Assembly: GCF_006345805.1 (NCBI RefSeq)
Contig: NC_043002.1
Location: 40,486,001 to 40,550,000, forward strand
DNA: 64,000 nucleotides
Reading direction: 5' to 3'
From: Octopus sinensis
Taxonomy: Eukaryota
The notes under the pieces were generated by a model. The model searched no databases. It worked only from the letters and a program-made list of their open reading frames with translations, and had not been told where the DNA came from. Each line of letters opens with the position of its first letter. Position 1 is the first letter of the stretch. The position numbers and the translations under genes are program-made. Below are positions 1-14,068 of this stretch, in pieces.

Positions 1-2039
1 TTGATATCAAGTTTTAATTAAGGCAGTCCAGCATGCAGAGAATTAGTAGAGTTTTGCTTACTCTTTATATTAGTCAGACTGGTGAAAGCAACAATGAAGA
101 TGAGGATGTCAGTCTGATTAAAATAAACAGTATACATAATATAAATTCATCTCAGAAACATAGAATTGTATTAGTAGACTTATTAGAACATTGGATAGAA
201 TGCCTTTTGGTATTTTTTCTGACTTTCTGTGCCCTGAGTTCAAATACATTCACAACTTTATCTTTCATTCTTTCAGGGCCAGTAAAAAATATAACAATTT
301 AGGATGGTGGATTGGCAGAACTATAAGAAATAAGTACAAGCATGGCTGTGGGTAAGAAGATTGTTTCTCAACCACATGGTTCTGCGTTCAGCTCTGCAGT
401 ATGATACAGGTAAATGTCTTTTCCTATAGCCCTAGATTGATCAAAACCTTGTGAGCGGATTTGATAGATGGAAACTGGAAGGAACCCATCATGTGTATAT
501 GTACATGTATGTGTGTATGTGTGTCTGTGTGTGTGTGTTTTACTGCCTCCTTGCCTTGACATCACATGATAGTTGTAAAAACAAGTGTTACCATAATGCA
601 TGCAGTGTCCTTCATTTCCAGCCTTCCATGAAAACATGTCTCATCATGGGAAAATAGTACCTTATTTGGAAACAAGTGAAGGTTGGTGACAGGAAAGGCA
701 TCCAGCTGTAGAAAATCTGCCTCAACAAATTCTATCTGACTTATGAGAGCATGGAAAAGTAGATGTTAAAATGATGGTGATAACAAAATTGATCTGGATA
801 TTTTGTAGTATTTGTTCTGGCTCTTTGTGTTCTAAGATCAAATACTTGTGAGGTGAATAAAAATGTACCAGTCCCAGGACAGTGGTTTGATGAGACTGTC
901 AGAGTGTCACACAAGATGTCATGTGGTATCTGTACTAACCTTTTGTGTTCTGATAGCAGTGACCATTATGAGACTGGTGCTAAGCTGTATTGGCCCTAAA
1001 GCATAGATCTTTCCATTGGATAATATCAGTGACATGATGAGGAGAAATTTGCAAATATGGACAACAGATTGTCTTTAAAAAGAATAACTCAAAAGAACCT
1101 CAAACATTTCAGCAAAGACTTGCCCAAACGTCTGCCTACAGGTAAAGATATATGAGTAACCTTGATCAATAGAGACCTCTAGTTTTAATTAAGGTCTTCC
1201 AGTCAAAGTCAAAAACTAAAGTTTTAATTAAATCTTAATAGTTTACTATATTTAAAATCCAAAGAATCACTCATAACAAGTTAGCAAGTAAATTTAGATG
1301 TACTTGATCAAGTAGCCCAAAATAAGGGCTAAAATTTTTCCAACAAATTTTTTTTATGTGTTTGAAATAAATGCTCACTTGATGGGACATTATGAGTTCA
1401 CAGGAGGTAGCAATTGTCAAGAAAGCACTAATGAGAGAGATGCTGAGTATTAAGGGGTCATAGGCATTTTTAGAAATATAACATTTAAACGAGGTATGGA
1501 ACTTATATCTTAAACACATTTGAAAAAAAAGCAAAAAAAAAACTTATGAATAGAATGTTAGTTGGACATTGTATTATCAATGAGCAAATGCATGTCATAT
1601 GGACATTGTATTATCAGTGAGCAGAAACATGTTGGGGCCTAATATAAATTTCATAATATAAACCTTTGTTTACTTCAGTGTTTTCATAAAAGTTTACCAT
1701 AAAGAGCATTAGTTCATGGAAATATCTAAACAGTGGTGCATACTGGATAGGACAATATCAGAAAATATGGATAATGAACCATCAAACAAAATTAACTTCT
1801 GTTTAATTAAAATAATCTGTCAACTTTTCTTTTTTCTGTTTCTTTTAGTTTCTGTCTACCAAATTCACTCATAAGGTTTTTGGTCAGCTTGGGGTTATAG
1901 TAAAAGAAACTTGCCTGATGTGCTATGCAGTAGGATTGAACTTGAAACTATGTGGTTAGGAAGCAACCAGACAGTCATACCTACACCTTATATCAATATA
2001 AAAAGTTTAATTTATATATGTATATAAATGGAAACTTAC

Positions 2040-2093
2040 AATTCCTGAGTTTTTGTAGTTTTTCTTTTTTTCTTTCTTTTTGGGATTTATACA
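2040..2093 (-). CDS. CPNE8-like: Copine exon, 54 nt, lysine-rich C2B-vWA linker
   Basis: cacttttgcAG|CINPKKKEKKKNYKNSGI|GTAAGT; copine INPKKKxKKKxYxNSG motif; phase 0/0. Confidence 0.96.
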
Positions 2094-4520
2094 CTGCAAA
2101 AGTGAATCAAAGAAAATAGGTTAGAATTGCAATAACAAAAACAACAAACCAATATGCCTGCTCAAATTAACTCTTTACATCAGAAATATCACAAATGTTA
2201 CTCATAATTAGATTTTATACACTGTTTGGTTTGGTATATGAAATAGTTAATCCCAGTACAAATTAATTTGCAGGATTTTATCTATTTATAGCAATTTATT
2301 TTTGAAGCATTAGATAGATGATGCAAATAATTATAATTTTTATGGAGGTACTATAAATAACAACTCCACAATTTCCCTTTGCTTTTAGTTAGTCATATTT
2401 CCTGGTGGAGATAAAATATTGAAAGATAAAAATTGATAGTTTGATACAAACAACATGTTACTATATACATATAAAACATTTATTTTGGTTGAAGTTGACA
2501 ACTCGAATGGTTATAAACTATTCAACCCAAAGCTCGAACCATGGCAGATGCTACACCTCAGAATCAGAGTAGACTTAGGAATAATAATGGCTAAGAAATG
2601 GTTTCACACTCCTCAAAACCCTGTAATTCCTGAACCAGGGTTCCCCTTACCAGATGAAGTTTAAAGTCATATCCAATAACACTAATACTGTTTATTTATC
2701 AATTAATTATAGATGTAACATTACCAGATATTAACAACAGTGGCAAAAGTGTAAAGTACGTGCTCAGCATTATTTGTCATATGACGAAATGATGCTTTAG
2801 TTTGTATATAGTAACTAAGACAAATAAACCCAAGAAAATCAAATATCTCCCTTTGGAAAGTGGATAAAGAGAAAGTAGGAGATACATCCTGACAATCAAA
2901 TTCATAGATATTTTATTTCTTTTGCCTAGGCCCTGATAGTGAGGTATAAAACTGAAGTTTTTCCAAAATCTTCAACTGACATTTAGTTCCTGACATTCTG
3001 TTATTTCTATGGTCTGCCACATCATCATATTTCCATAAATAATATCTAAAAAAAATTCTTCTCTTTAATATGAGCTGCATCATTGGATTTGTGATTCTTT
3101 GTGTATGCAACAGGAGCTACTTTTATGAAGAAAAAAAAAAAAAACTAACTCATTTGCAATTATGATCCCATACAGAGACTCCTTCTGACATATATTTGTC
3201 AATATTAACAGAGCAGATGATTTATGAAATTACAAACTAACATCTTATCAAAGCTGAAGTGGAGAATCTTGACCTCATACAGTAGCTTTCAGTGAATGAC
3301 ATTGTTTTCTTACAGTTGCTATACACTGGATACAGTGGCTATTGATTTTTAAACAAGATAGATCTGATTTATCTTAATGAATTCGCTATCTCTTTCTTCC
3401 TGTATTTACAATTTACTTGAGTATTCTTCTCTATCTCTCAAGAATGTATAATTAATTTAAAGTGATCAAAATAAAATTAATTAATAATTAATAAGATAAT
3501 CTATGGAAGGAGATCAAGTGGTCTTCTTACCACATCAATTTCCAAAACATAAAAACAGAATTTGGCTTCTCATGTCATCATACTCAATTGTCTATTTGAA
3601 AGCTAATAAATTACTGTTGCTATTAAAAATACTACAGTAATCTGGAGTAGATGAAATAAACACCACTGATATTTTGGGATCAATTGCTAGAGAATATTAC
3701 TGCTGTCTTGGTGTTTGTTTTAATAGCCAGAGGAGGCAAGATAACTTTCATGATCTATGAAGCTTCTACAAGACTAAGGAGACTGAAGCAGTTCATGTTT
3801 AGTTTGAACAATTTGATGTCAATGCTAGCAGAAAAATTGTGGATCATCATCATCATCATCATCATCACCATGATCATTGTTTTAATGTCCACTTTTCCAT
3901 GCTCATATAGGTTAGATGGAATTTTGTTGAGGTGAATTTTCTATGACAAGATGGTCTTCTTGTCACCAACCCTCTTCTCTTACCAAGTAAAGTGATATTT
4001 ACCCACAACCAGACATGTTTTCATGGAAGACTGGAAATGAAGGACACTGCTTGTATGATAGTTCCAAACACCATGTTGGGGCAGATATTACAATAGGTAC
4101 GTGAACAGGAAAAGACAACTGTTGCATTCAAACCAAGTCTACTTCACCTTCACTGTGGTCTTTATGTAAGTCAACTACCACCACAACCACCACCAACAAC
4201 AACAATAATACTGTCATTATTTAAAATCTGTCTTCCATGCTTGCATCGTTTGGACAGTTTGATAGCAGCTGGCCAGTTGGAGAGCTGCACTGTCTTCACT
4301 GAATCCTTTGGCATGGTTTCGAAGGCTGGATGCCCTTCCTAATGCTAACCACTTTACACAGTGTACTGGGTGCTTTTTATGTGGTATCAACACCAGTGGG
4401 GTTACCAAGTAACTTGTGAGATGAAGATGTCTTAGCTAGGAGGAGTAGAACGGAGGGAAGTGGCTTTGTGCCCGATGAGTAGTTAGACTATAATAGCGGG
4501 ATAAATGGTAGGTGTCTTAC

Positions 4521-4853
4521 TGTTGTAGGGAAGTAGTAATAATAGTACACCCCTTCCATATGACAAGTGGAACGAGCCAGTCACTATAAGTAAGGCGACG
4601 TCAGCCAGTATCAAAAGAGTACGTAGAGTATGAGAGTGCATGTTAGACTGCGCTGATAGACTTGTCTGTACTGATCTAGTAATTATACTGCAATACTGAG
4701 TTGGCATTATAACAATCTAACCCTTTGAGAATAATAACACTGTACAACTGGGGGGGTTATACAGTGTCAGATAGAAACATCCTATTGACAACTTTGGAAT
4801 ATAGCAATATCTGTTAGAGCGACAACGGTTGTGCAAATGACCACTTTATAATA
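4521..4853 (+). repeat. 5' LTR of Gypsy element
   Basis: Starts TGTTGTAGGGAA, aligns over its length with 7315-7637, and is followed by the PBS. Confidence 0.88.
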
Positions 4854-5090
4854 GTGGCGATGAGGATAAACCAATTCATGTGGAGTTAATAGAAACTCAT
4901 AGAGGAATTAACAAACTCACAAAAGTTTTCGTTGAGAAAATTTTAGGAAAAATTGTAAAACTAAGGAAGATTTATAGGTTGGTTTGCTTGAGTTGCAAAA
5001 ACAGCAACAACAACAGTTGAAAGAACAACAGCAGATACAACTGCAAGAATAACAACAACAACAATTAATATTACAGCAACAAATGCTGCA

Positions 5091-6040
5091 AAGCCAGAAA
5101 AAGTGTTCTCACCAAACTATATTGTGAATTCAATATCTGAATTCAAATATGAACCTAACGAAGGAGTTACCTTTAAAGCATACTGCAGAAGACATGAGCA
5201 AATCTTCGAAAAAGAATGTGAAGATGAGGACAACGAGTTGAAAACTCACTTAATCTTGAGAAAACTAGCATCAACAGAACATGAACGATACAGTAATTCT
5301 GTACTCCCAAGAAAACTGTCTGATGTAAAGTTTAATGACACAATAGATATATTATGTAAGATTTTCAGTGAAAAAAAATCCTTGTTCAACACACAGTAGA
5401 AGTGTCTGAACATAGAGAAAAATAGTAATGAGGACTACATCACATATGCTGGTAGAGTAAACAAGGAATGCGAGAAGTTTAAGCGGGACGAATTAACTCC
5501 AGATATGTTCAAATGTCTGATTTTTACACAGGGGATAACTGCCAAAAAGGATGCAGAAGTCAGAACTAGAATTCTTGCAAAGCTGGAGCAAATCCAAAAT
5601 ATAACCCTTCAAAAAATGCCTGAAGCATGTGAAAGGATACTTAAATTAAGACACAAAACAGAGGAAATTGAATGTAAAGATTGTTTCCAAGTAAAACTAG
5701 TGCAGAATAGTCTGAATAGAGATAAAGTGTTTTCTAAAAAAACATGACAAACATCAGGATATAATCCCATGTTTTGCATGTGGTGGTATGCACTTGAGGA
5801 AAATTTGTCCATTTAAAAAAGCAGAATGTTTTCGTTGTGGAAATATAGGACATATAAAGTCGCACTGTAGAACAAAGATGATTGAACGTCAGAACAATGA
5901 GAAAAAAGTAAATAGCTTGACAGCCAAAAAAAAAATAAAGAATATAAGTGTAAAACTGAAGTTTGACACAGGTAGTGACATGACTATTATAAATGAAAAA
6001 ATGTGGAAACATATCAGGAAGCCGAAATTAAATTAAATCT
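5091..6040 (+). pseudogene. Gypsy gag / zinc knuckle / aspartic protease remnant
   Basis: ORF pieces 5103-5399, 5505-5747 and 5788-6036 (CX2CX4HX4C; KLKFDTGSDMTII) broken by stops and frameshifts. Confidence 0.88.
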
Positions 6041-6389
6041 AAAAAGGTAGCACATGGTGTTACGGGAAAAAGATTATATTTTATCAGTGAATGTGTATGT
6101 ATCATAACATTCTGAGGTCAAAGGAAAAAAGCTAAGATATATGTATTAAAACATTCACTTATTTATTTGGCACAGAGTGGACAGAACTATTCAATTTATG
6201 GAATAAGCCCATAAGTGTTTTGTGTAGAAATATAGTCACCTCAGTTGAAGGTTCAAATGCAGTTGAGGGACTGAAACAAAAATTCACAGTAAAACAAAGT
6301 GGAACATATATATTTAAATCAAAACGAAGTGTAGTATTTGCGAAAAAATTGCCCACAATAAAAAGTAAACATTGTTCAAAAGTAGATGT

Positions 6390-7216
6390 CAAGACTACAC
6401 ATCAATGTAGCTGGTCTTTTAAATGGTTCTTACGAGTTAGTGGTAGTTGATAGTTTTTTGAAATGACCTGAAATTTGCAAGTGTAAAAAACCACCCTCCT
6501 CAACTGTGATAAATTTTTTTACACAAATTGTTTGCAAAATTTGGCATCCCAGACACGATAGTGTCTGACAATGGAATGCAATTTATATCAAGTGGATTAA
6601 AAAAATTTTGCAAAATGTTCATATAACTATGATGCCATACCATTTCAGATCTAATGGACAGGTAGAATTCTTTGTTGATACCTTTAAAAGAGCCCTTAGA
6701 AGTTGAATAAGGAAAGCACGGAGGGGTAGCTCTACAACAATCTTTAAGAGTGTACTGTGTAACACCAAATCTGAATACACCAGCATGTAGTTCATTAGAG
6801 GAGCTGATATTTGCAAGGTAAGTAAAGTCAGTTTTTGATAAATTGCTACATGGCAAGAAAAGAAAAAATGTCAGGGAAGACATAACAAGATTTTTTAAGG
6901 TGGGTGAAAAGGTGTATATGAGGACATACAAAAATGGAAAGCAGAAAAATGGGAAGAACGCAAAATTACCAAATACAAAGGTAAAACAATGTATTGGGTA
7001 AAAAGTGGAAAAGGCATACAAAAGAGACACAGGAACCAACTGAAAAAGAGATTCGTGGAAAGCGAACCAAAGAAGTTGGAGGAACCCATGGAATGGTTGT
7101 ACAATACATTCCAAGTACCAATGCCACTGCAGGTGATTGAACCCAAGCGTACAAGTGAGAGGAAAAGAAAACATACAGAGTTCCTGAAAATAGATGCCAA
7201 AAGAAAAAAAATATAA
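6390..7216 (+). pseudogene. Gypsy integrase remnant
   Basis: RLHINVAGLLNGSYELVVVDSFLK*PEI...FGIPDTIVSDNGMQF...SNGQVEFFVDTFKRAL, then the C-terminal piece ...RHRNQLKKR. Confidence 0.88.
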
Positions 7217-7314
7217 AATTGTTTGAAATAAAAACCCCTCAAAAAGGGAGGCAGGGTGAATTGAAATATTGCTAAATAAAATGACACTTCCTATGAAAAA
7301 TTTAAAAGGGGAAA

Positions 7315-7637
7315 TATTGTAGGGAATTAGTATGGTACACCCCTCACATGTGATGAGTGGAATGACACAGTCACTATAAGTAAAGTGAGGATGGCCAGTA
7401 TCGAGAGAGTATGTAGCATACAAGAGGGCATGTTAGACTGTGTTGTTAGTTACGTCTATCTAGTTATTATACTGCAATACTGAGTGAGCTTTATAATGAT
7501 CTAACCCTTTGAGGATAATAATGTTGTATGACTGGGGTGGTGGTCACACAGTGTCAGATAGAAATATCCTATTGACAACTTCGGAATATAACAATATCTG
7601 TCAGAGCAACAACCGTCATACAAAGATACATACAACA
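7315..7637 (+). repeat. 3' LTR of Gypsy element
   Basis: Follows the polypurine tract, starts TATTGTAGGGAA and ends ...TACAACA. Confidence 0.88.
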
Positions 7638-8611
7638 GTGACAAAAGACAGCTTTATAACACTTACTATGGAAGAAATGTGTAACTACCTTCAGCTAAAA
7701 CAACAACAACAACAGCCATCACCGCTGCCACTGCCTTTGCCACCACCACTATTATGCAGTACATCAGATTATAATACAATTGAACACAATTGTTATTTAC
7801 TGCTCTCTATAGCACAAATAAATTTAAGTTTTCATTTACATCTGAATATCTTTCTGACTTCTCAAGCATGAAATAAGTTGCTCCAAGCAGATCTATGAAC
7901 CTGTATTATTCACTCCAATGCCATGTAGTCAAAACTTGCTGTCTCATATACACACAAATGAATAAAATGTCGATTATCTAAAATGCTTATTCCTTTTGAC
8001 CTGCTATTCTATTTCAAAATAATAACTGCACCCCTATGTTAATAACGAAATATTGTTGTAATGAAATATTCAGCCAATGTCTTTACATTCCTTTGACTAA
8101 GTTAAACTAACAATCTGTTAGAAAGTATGAATGGCTCAACAAGAGATTGATTAATAGATATCCCAATTGTATTTATAGAAAATATTTATAATATAAGTGA
8201 TGCAATCCAAACAAAACAACAATCAAATGCACACACTCATATTCTTTTCAATGTGGACAAAAACCAATGCACATACATATTATACATCCACATAAAATTC
8301 ATATATATAAACAATAGCATCCTGTAATTCTGCTACATTCTATCTCATATAGATGCATGTTTTAAGTACAAAGTAATCAAATAAAACAGAAGTACAAGAA
8401 GATAAGTCTGACTTAACTAATTCATTTCCCTCGACTATGTCTACCATAAACAATTATACAAACATCCTGATGCCCTCAGCAATTTACATTTTCTTAAGAA
8501 ATATATTTTCTTGATTCATATTCTAAAGATTCCCAAAACAGAAGCATTGATTCCAAAAGAATTCCTTCCAGCTAAGTACATTGTAATTTCACTGGTAGCT
8601 CTTTCTCTTTT

Positions 8612-8647
<36 letters not shown>

Positions 8648-8982
8648 GTTAGTTATTTAATTCTGTTAGTTATTTAATTCTGTAAAACTGTAATCTCGTT
8701 TGCTTTATCTGAATGTAAGAATATAATTAAAAATGATAAGTTGGGAATGGGAAATCGCCAAAATTGTCTTCTTGTGAATATTTGAGATTTATATAAATTT
8801 TTTTTAGATTACTTGATACCACAAAATTTAGCCAAGGTGAAATAATACAGAATGGAAAAATCATTAAATAAAGCATAATCTGTCAATTTATATTAAACTT
8901 TAAATCCAGAAGTAGAGCACACTCAATACAGTAAAAGGTACCACGAGAAAAAGAAAATAGTTATTTCAGCTTTATTTTATCT

Positions 8983-10117
8983 GAATTTGTTTTGCAAGAT
9001 TCCTGATGTGAGATCATGTGTAGAAACAGATATTGTTATATTTCAAGATGGTCATTTTTTTCCTCCAAATAAACACACATTCTACATATTTGTATTTCAC
9101 TTCAGCTTTATTATTGTGCTTATTTTATGTCCTTTGTCTGGAAATCTTTCATCACACCTCCTGAGACCGCTTCAGCAACTTTCCATCCCACATGTCTTCA
9201 TGCTCTGTTTAGTCCATGCTGTCTTTCAATGGTGTATATCCTTATCTGAGCATGCAAATGCATCTCTGTGTGTGATTGTGTGCGTGTGTTTACACGTCTC
9301 TATGTTTTGTGTGTGTGTATATGGGTTTGCTTTCTATACTGTTTGTATCCATGCTCCTATTTATCTCTATTTTTTTCCTCGTGTCATCTTAAGTATGTGA
9401 ATGTGTGTCTTTTGTGTGTGTGTTTATGGGTTTATGTATTATACTATTTTTCTCCCATTATGTCTTGAGTCATCATGTTGTGTAGTATGGTGGTGGGTGT
9501 TATTGTTCCATTTGTGTTTTGTTGAGGCTCAGTCTGTCTATTATTATGTGTGTGACCTTTGCAATCTAAGTGTCATGTCTGGTCTATGCATTGATAATAC
9601 TTTAACATCTGTGTTATTAATTGAGCCTCTATGTTCTGATTGAGCATGTTGGTAGAGCACTAACGAGCTTTTCTCATCTTTGAGCTCCCACCATTGTTCA
9701 CCTATCTGCTCCCCAATGCTACATGCTGTCTTCCCAATGTAAGTTGTTCTCTTGTTTCGGGACTGTCCCCCAGTATCCCTCAGCTGTCATGGATACAAAC
9801 AATATAGTAAGCAAACCCATATATAAACACACATAGAAACACAGAGATGTATACATACATGCACACACACAGATACAGATGCAAATGCATGCGCAGATAA
9901 GGATACACACCATAGAAAGACAGAATGGACTAAACAGAACAGGAGGAGACGTGGGATGGAGGGTCACTGAAGAGGTCACAGGATGTGTGATGAAAGATTT
10001 CCAGACAACGCACATAAAATAAGAACAATAATAAACAAGTGAAGAATGAATATATAGTGCGGGTGTTAATTTGGTAAGGAAAAAAAAAATGACCATCCTG
10101 AAATATAACAATTTATC
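8983..10117. mobile_element. Foldback / long-TIR non-autonomous element
   Basis: About 9029-9353 is the diverged reverse complement of about 9788-10117; a solo partial arm lies at about 29705-29907. Confidence 0.75.
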
Positions 10118-10572
10118 TATTTACATTTTAAAAATTTCTTTCTTTTTTTTTTACTCACATTTCTTAACATAAATAACAGATACCCTAGTGTCCTCTGCAA
10201 AAGTTAAAACTGAAGGAGGAACTACAAAATTAGTCTTGCAAAGATGCTAAATTTTAGTTTCTCCGAGGTGCCACCAACACTACAGGTTCATTTTCTTTAA
10301 AAGTAATCTCCTGTAGAAATGGTGCTCATATTTTATAACCAAGAAAACATTAGCCATTTTAACAGGTAGAAAAATTATAGAAAAGAAATATTTTTCTAAA
10401 TGACAAAAAAAAAATCATTTTTTTTTCAGAAATTTTCTTGTTAATTGCAGTAGGATATGTTTTGGTAATTACAGTATTATTTTTCATGAAGTATAATACA
10501 AATATGACCTAATTCTTCTAGGTCTAAACCTGGAAAACCATATTAAAAATTCCCAAGAAAATAATAGAATAC

Positions 10573-10648
10573 CTCATAGACGTTTGAAATGTCCCGTCCT
10601 CTAGACAATTCCTTCAATGAAGTGAGGAAAACTCCAATTAAGTCATGA
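10573..10648 (-). CDS. CPNE8-like: Copine exon, 76 nt, end of C2B
   Basis: ttatttctatAG|T+HDLIGVFLTSLKELSRGRDISNVYE|GTATTC; matches copine HDFIGEFTTSYRELSRG...NVYE; embedded in ORF 10543..10749. Confidence 0.97.
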
Positions 10649-13600
10649 CTATAGAAATAAAGAAATAAAATATGATAGCATTTCAAAAGTAAAATCAAAT
10701 AAATAAATGAAAAACAAAATTTAATAAAAAAATTACACATTACTTTCATTTTGAAGAAATAATATTGATTTCAAAATCTTAGCATTAATATTGATTTCCA
10801 AAATGTTATTAATTTTCAGTATTTAAGTGCATTATTACAACTTCCTTTTAAATAAAGCACATATTAAATACTTCATCCAAATTTAACGAATGGATCCATA
10901 TTTTAGCATTCTATTAACTAAAAATGTTTTCCAACTTCTGAATATATAAATAGGGCAATGTTAATTAAAAAAAAAAATGGCTCAACAAACATAAATATTT
11001 TTAATTCAGATATTTTCACATTACAAAGGATAAAAATGTAAACCAACTGTTTCAGGAAACAGATGTGTAAGATAATATTCATAAAATGTAGCAGCAAGTT
11101 TGATATTTAAATGTAGTACAGAAATGAAAGTGAAATATTTTTAGATCAGAAGACTGAACACATAAAGAAAGTTTCTTGGAACTACAACAGATGGTTTCAA
11201 TTTTTGAATTAAAATCTGGTTTTTAGACATTATAAGCACCAATATGAAATGGCACCATAATCGTTTGCAAAGTAATAGATACATGGTTTGTGTCTCATCA
11301 TTGATCTGGTTTCCTTTTCTCTCCTTCAAATTGGTGTTTATAATGTCTAATGTTGCTAAGAAGCTTGCTTCCTAACCATGTGGTCTAGAGTTCAGTCCCA
11401 CTGTGGAGCATCTTGGGTGAATGACTTCTACTATAGACCTAGGCCAGTCAAAATCTTGTGAAGGGATTTAGTAGACAGGAACTGAAAGAACCCCATCATA
11501 TATTTACGTGTGTGTGTGTGTGCATACTTGTCCAGACATCATATGATGGTTGTAAATGAGCATCACTGACATACAAGTGAGGGTGTTCATTTCCAGTGTT
11601 CCATGAAAAACACATTGGGCTTGGAAGCAGGTGAGGGTTAGTGACAGGAAGAGCATCTGGTTGAAGAAAATCTGCCTCAACAAATTTTGCTTGACCGGTG
11701 CAAGCATGGAAAATTGAACTTTAAATAATGATAACTGAAAATATTAACAGATAATTACTTAATGTATTTATTGTATTTCTGAATGTTATAAGAAACTTTA
11801 TTTTATTTATATTTAAATCAAACTTTCAATCAGTCCATTTCATTTTGACAAAACATATCTAGATATGTTTCATATCAAGATGCTTCCATCAATTAATGCT
11901 GTATATGAAAGTATATTTAAGTTTAGGTCAATTATGGGCAAACTGTGACCCACAGAACTTTCTGAATGGCATGCCATTGAAAAATTGCCTTGGATTTCTT
12001 TAGTAGTGCAGCTCATATGATGATGAGCCACATCTCATATGGCTTGCTTCCAAGAAAGGTCATCCATGCATGGTTTGGGATATACTTGATCTTTGTGAAG
12101 TTTTTGATTAAAATTCTAAGTTGATGAGAGCATGTGCTGGCAATCAAGGATTGCAATTCAAAAACTATTTTTGTCTTCATTTTACCACACATAGTATAAT
12201 CAAATTAATGTGCTCTCATCTTGAATTGTTTTATAACTTTAAGGTGACCAGCAAATAAGTAGACAGATTGTATGGGTGGAACAAGATCATAAAGATAATA
12301 AAATGAAATGACAATCCTCCATCCTTTCACCAAACAAACTTTTCATGCTTCAGTCACCACACATAAACCTCAAATTACTTCACAGCATGTCCAAACATGT
12401 TTCAAACATTTACATAGGTTTCCCATTAGTCTCAAATATGCTTTATATGAAATAAAACATTTTTCTGTCAATTTTGCTGATGCAATAATTCTAATGAACA
12501 TATAAATGCAGTAAATATGTTTGGTAACAAACATGAATGTTTTTGTTATGTTCCTATAAGCTACTACATTAGTTAATCTAAGAAAAGATCACTTATGTTG
12601 TTGCTCCAACTGTTAGAAACATCAGCCAAAATCTCCCTTAACTTTAAACATTTACTATCTTTAAAAAAAATAATAATATTATCCTGCATATATTCAGCTC
12701 TGGTCATGGCTGAAATACTTAGATCATGGGTTTAATGGATCAGGGATAAATTAGTGTGAGGGCTAGACAACAATATTAGCCTTTCAAATGATGCAACACT
12801 TATTAACTACAAAACAATAGTTCTTAAAGGTGTACAGAATCAAAGTATGTCCTTTAACTGCAGTTGTTGTATACATATCTTGACAAACAGGTATATTTTT
12901 ACCAGCATAGAAAAAAAATATTCTATGAAAATCTCAACTTTGATATTGCTTATAAAATTTTGCTAATTAATCAATTAGTTTCTTCAAGATCAAGTCCTGT
13001 GATTATCTTTTGCATAATTATATAGGCAATATTTCTTGTTCAGAGAAAAAGAATAGCATGAAGCAAGAAGTGTTTAATTTTTAAAAAGCCCAGAACTGTT
13101 ATTATTAGCTTCAACTTTTAATTAATTCTATGACATTCTTTCCAATCATCATCTTGTTAAAATCTTTCTTCAGTTGTTTTGCATTATGTTTATACTTTCT
13201 CATTAAAAAAGAAAGCATATTGGATTATTTTTAATCCTAACTAGAGTAAACTTTCTTCAATTATTCGTATTAAAATCAACATAATCTTTCTTTCTTTCCT
13301 ATTAAATTCATCTTCAACTGTTATATATATATCTTTTCAGTTGCTGTCCCACATTTCATATTTATTCAGTTTTGTTCCAGTTGCATTCAAATTTGGTGTA
13401 CTCATTTAGCTTTGTATGCTAATTATGACAATGAAATTCCCTTTTGCCATAAATTAACAAATATAACGATAATAGCTTTTAAAGGTTGCAAATTCTGGAT
13501 AATTTTAGCCAATCAAATGCTACCATTATACACCTGACAGTAAATTTTACATCAATGTCTGTTTCAAATGTGTGTGTAACAAGCAAAATTGTAGCTTTCC

Positions 13601-13914
13601 CTGTTTTCATTGTAACAAGAATGCTGCATATGCGAGGCTGGGACACTTTCACTATCACAACCATCACCACAAGTTTTGATGAGAATCACATTGTGACAGA
13701 TAACTATCATGCAGAAAATGCTGGCCAATTCCTTGTTTATGGATTGGCTAAAAATGATCAAACTTTGAAAAACCTCTAACATTTTCTGAATTTTTTCTCT
13801 GCAGTAAATGAAATCCAAATTTGGATTTACTTTGAAAAATTACATCAATGTACCAAAGTTTAAAATTTTCACTTAATTTTAAAATTTCCAAATCTGTGAC
13901 AGCAGCCCAAAAGA

Positions 13915-13935
13915 TGTGTGTGTGTGTGTGTGTGT

Positions 13936-13982
<47 letters not shown>

Positions 13983-14068
13983 ATGTATGTATGTATGTAT
14001 GTATGTATGTAGTATGTATGTATGTATGTATGTATGTATGATGTATGTATGTATATATATATATATAT
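13915..14068. repeat. Compound microsatellite (TG)n-(TATG)n-(TA)n
   Basis: Read directly from the sequence. Confidence 0.95.

Larger units (their letters stand above)
4521..7637 (+). mobile_element. Degenerate Ty3/Gypsy LTR retrotransposon (K02A2.6/Mag-like), internally deleted
   Basis: Two diverged LTRs (about 4521-4853 and 7315-7637), PBS-like TGGCGATGAGG at 4855 and PPT AAAAGGGGAAA at 7304-7314. Contains gag remnants, a CFRCGNIGHIKSHC zinc knuckle, a protease DTG motif and an integrase core (RLHINVAG...GIPDTIVSDNGMQF), with many stops and frameshifts. Confidence 0.93.

Noticed and set aside
1563-1623. 24-bp direct repeat (and a 17-bp tandem repeat near 8650)
   Set aside because: Two-copy slippage duplications, not arrays.
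1-2039. Next copine exon (start of vWA) and, at 62529-64000, the upstream C2A exon
   Set aside because: Searched by eye and no matching motif with splice sites was found; presumed outside the window.
6500-7423. Longest ORF (307 aa, minus strand)
   Set aside because: It is antisense to the decayed Gypsy integrase and 3' LTR, F/L-rich, with no recognisable domain.
4516-7642. TSD of the Gypsy element (CTTAC / GTGAC)
   Set aside because: Only 3/5 match; cannot be claimed.
10254-10310. Possible alternative terminal exon (tttctacAG|EITFKENEPVVLVAPRRN*) in frame after the 76-nt exon
   Set aside because: No homology and only an ordinary acceptor; expected by chance.
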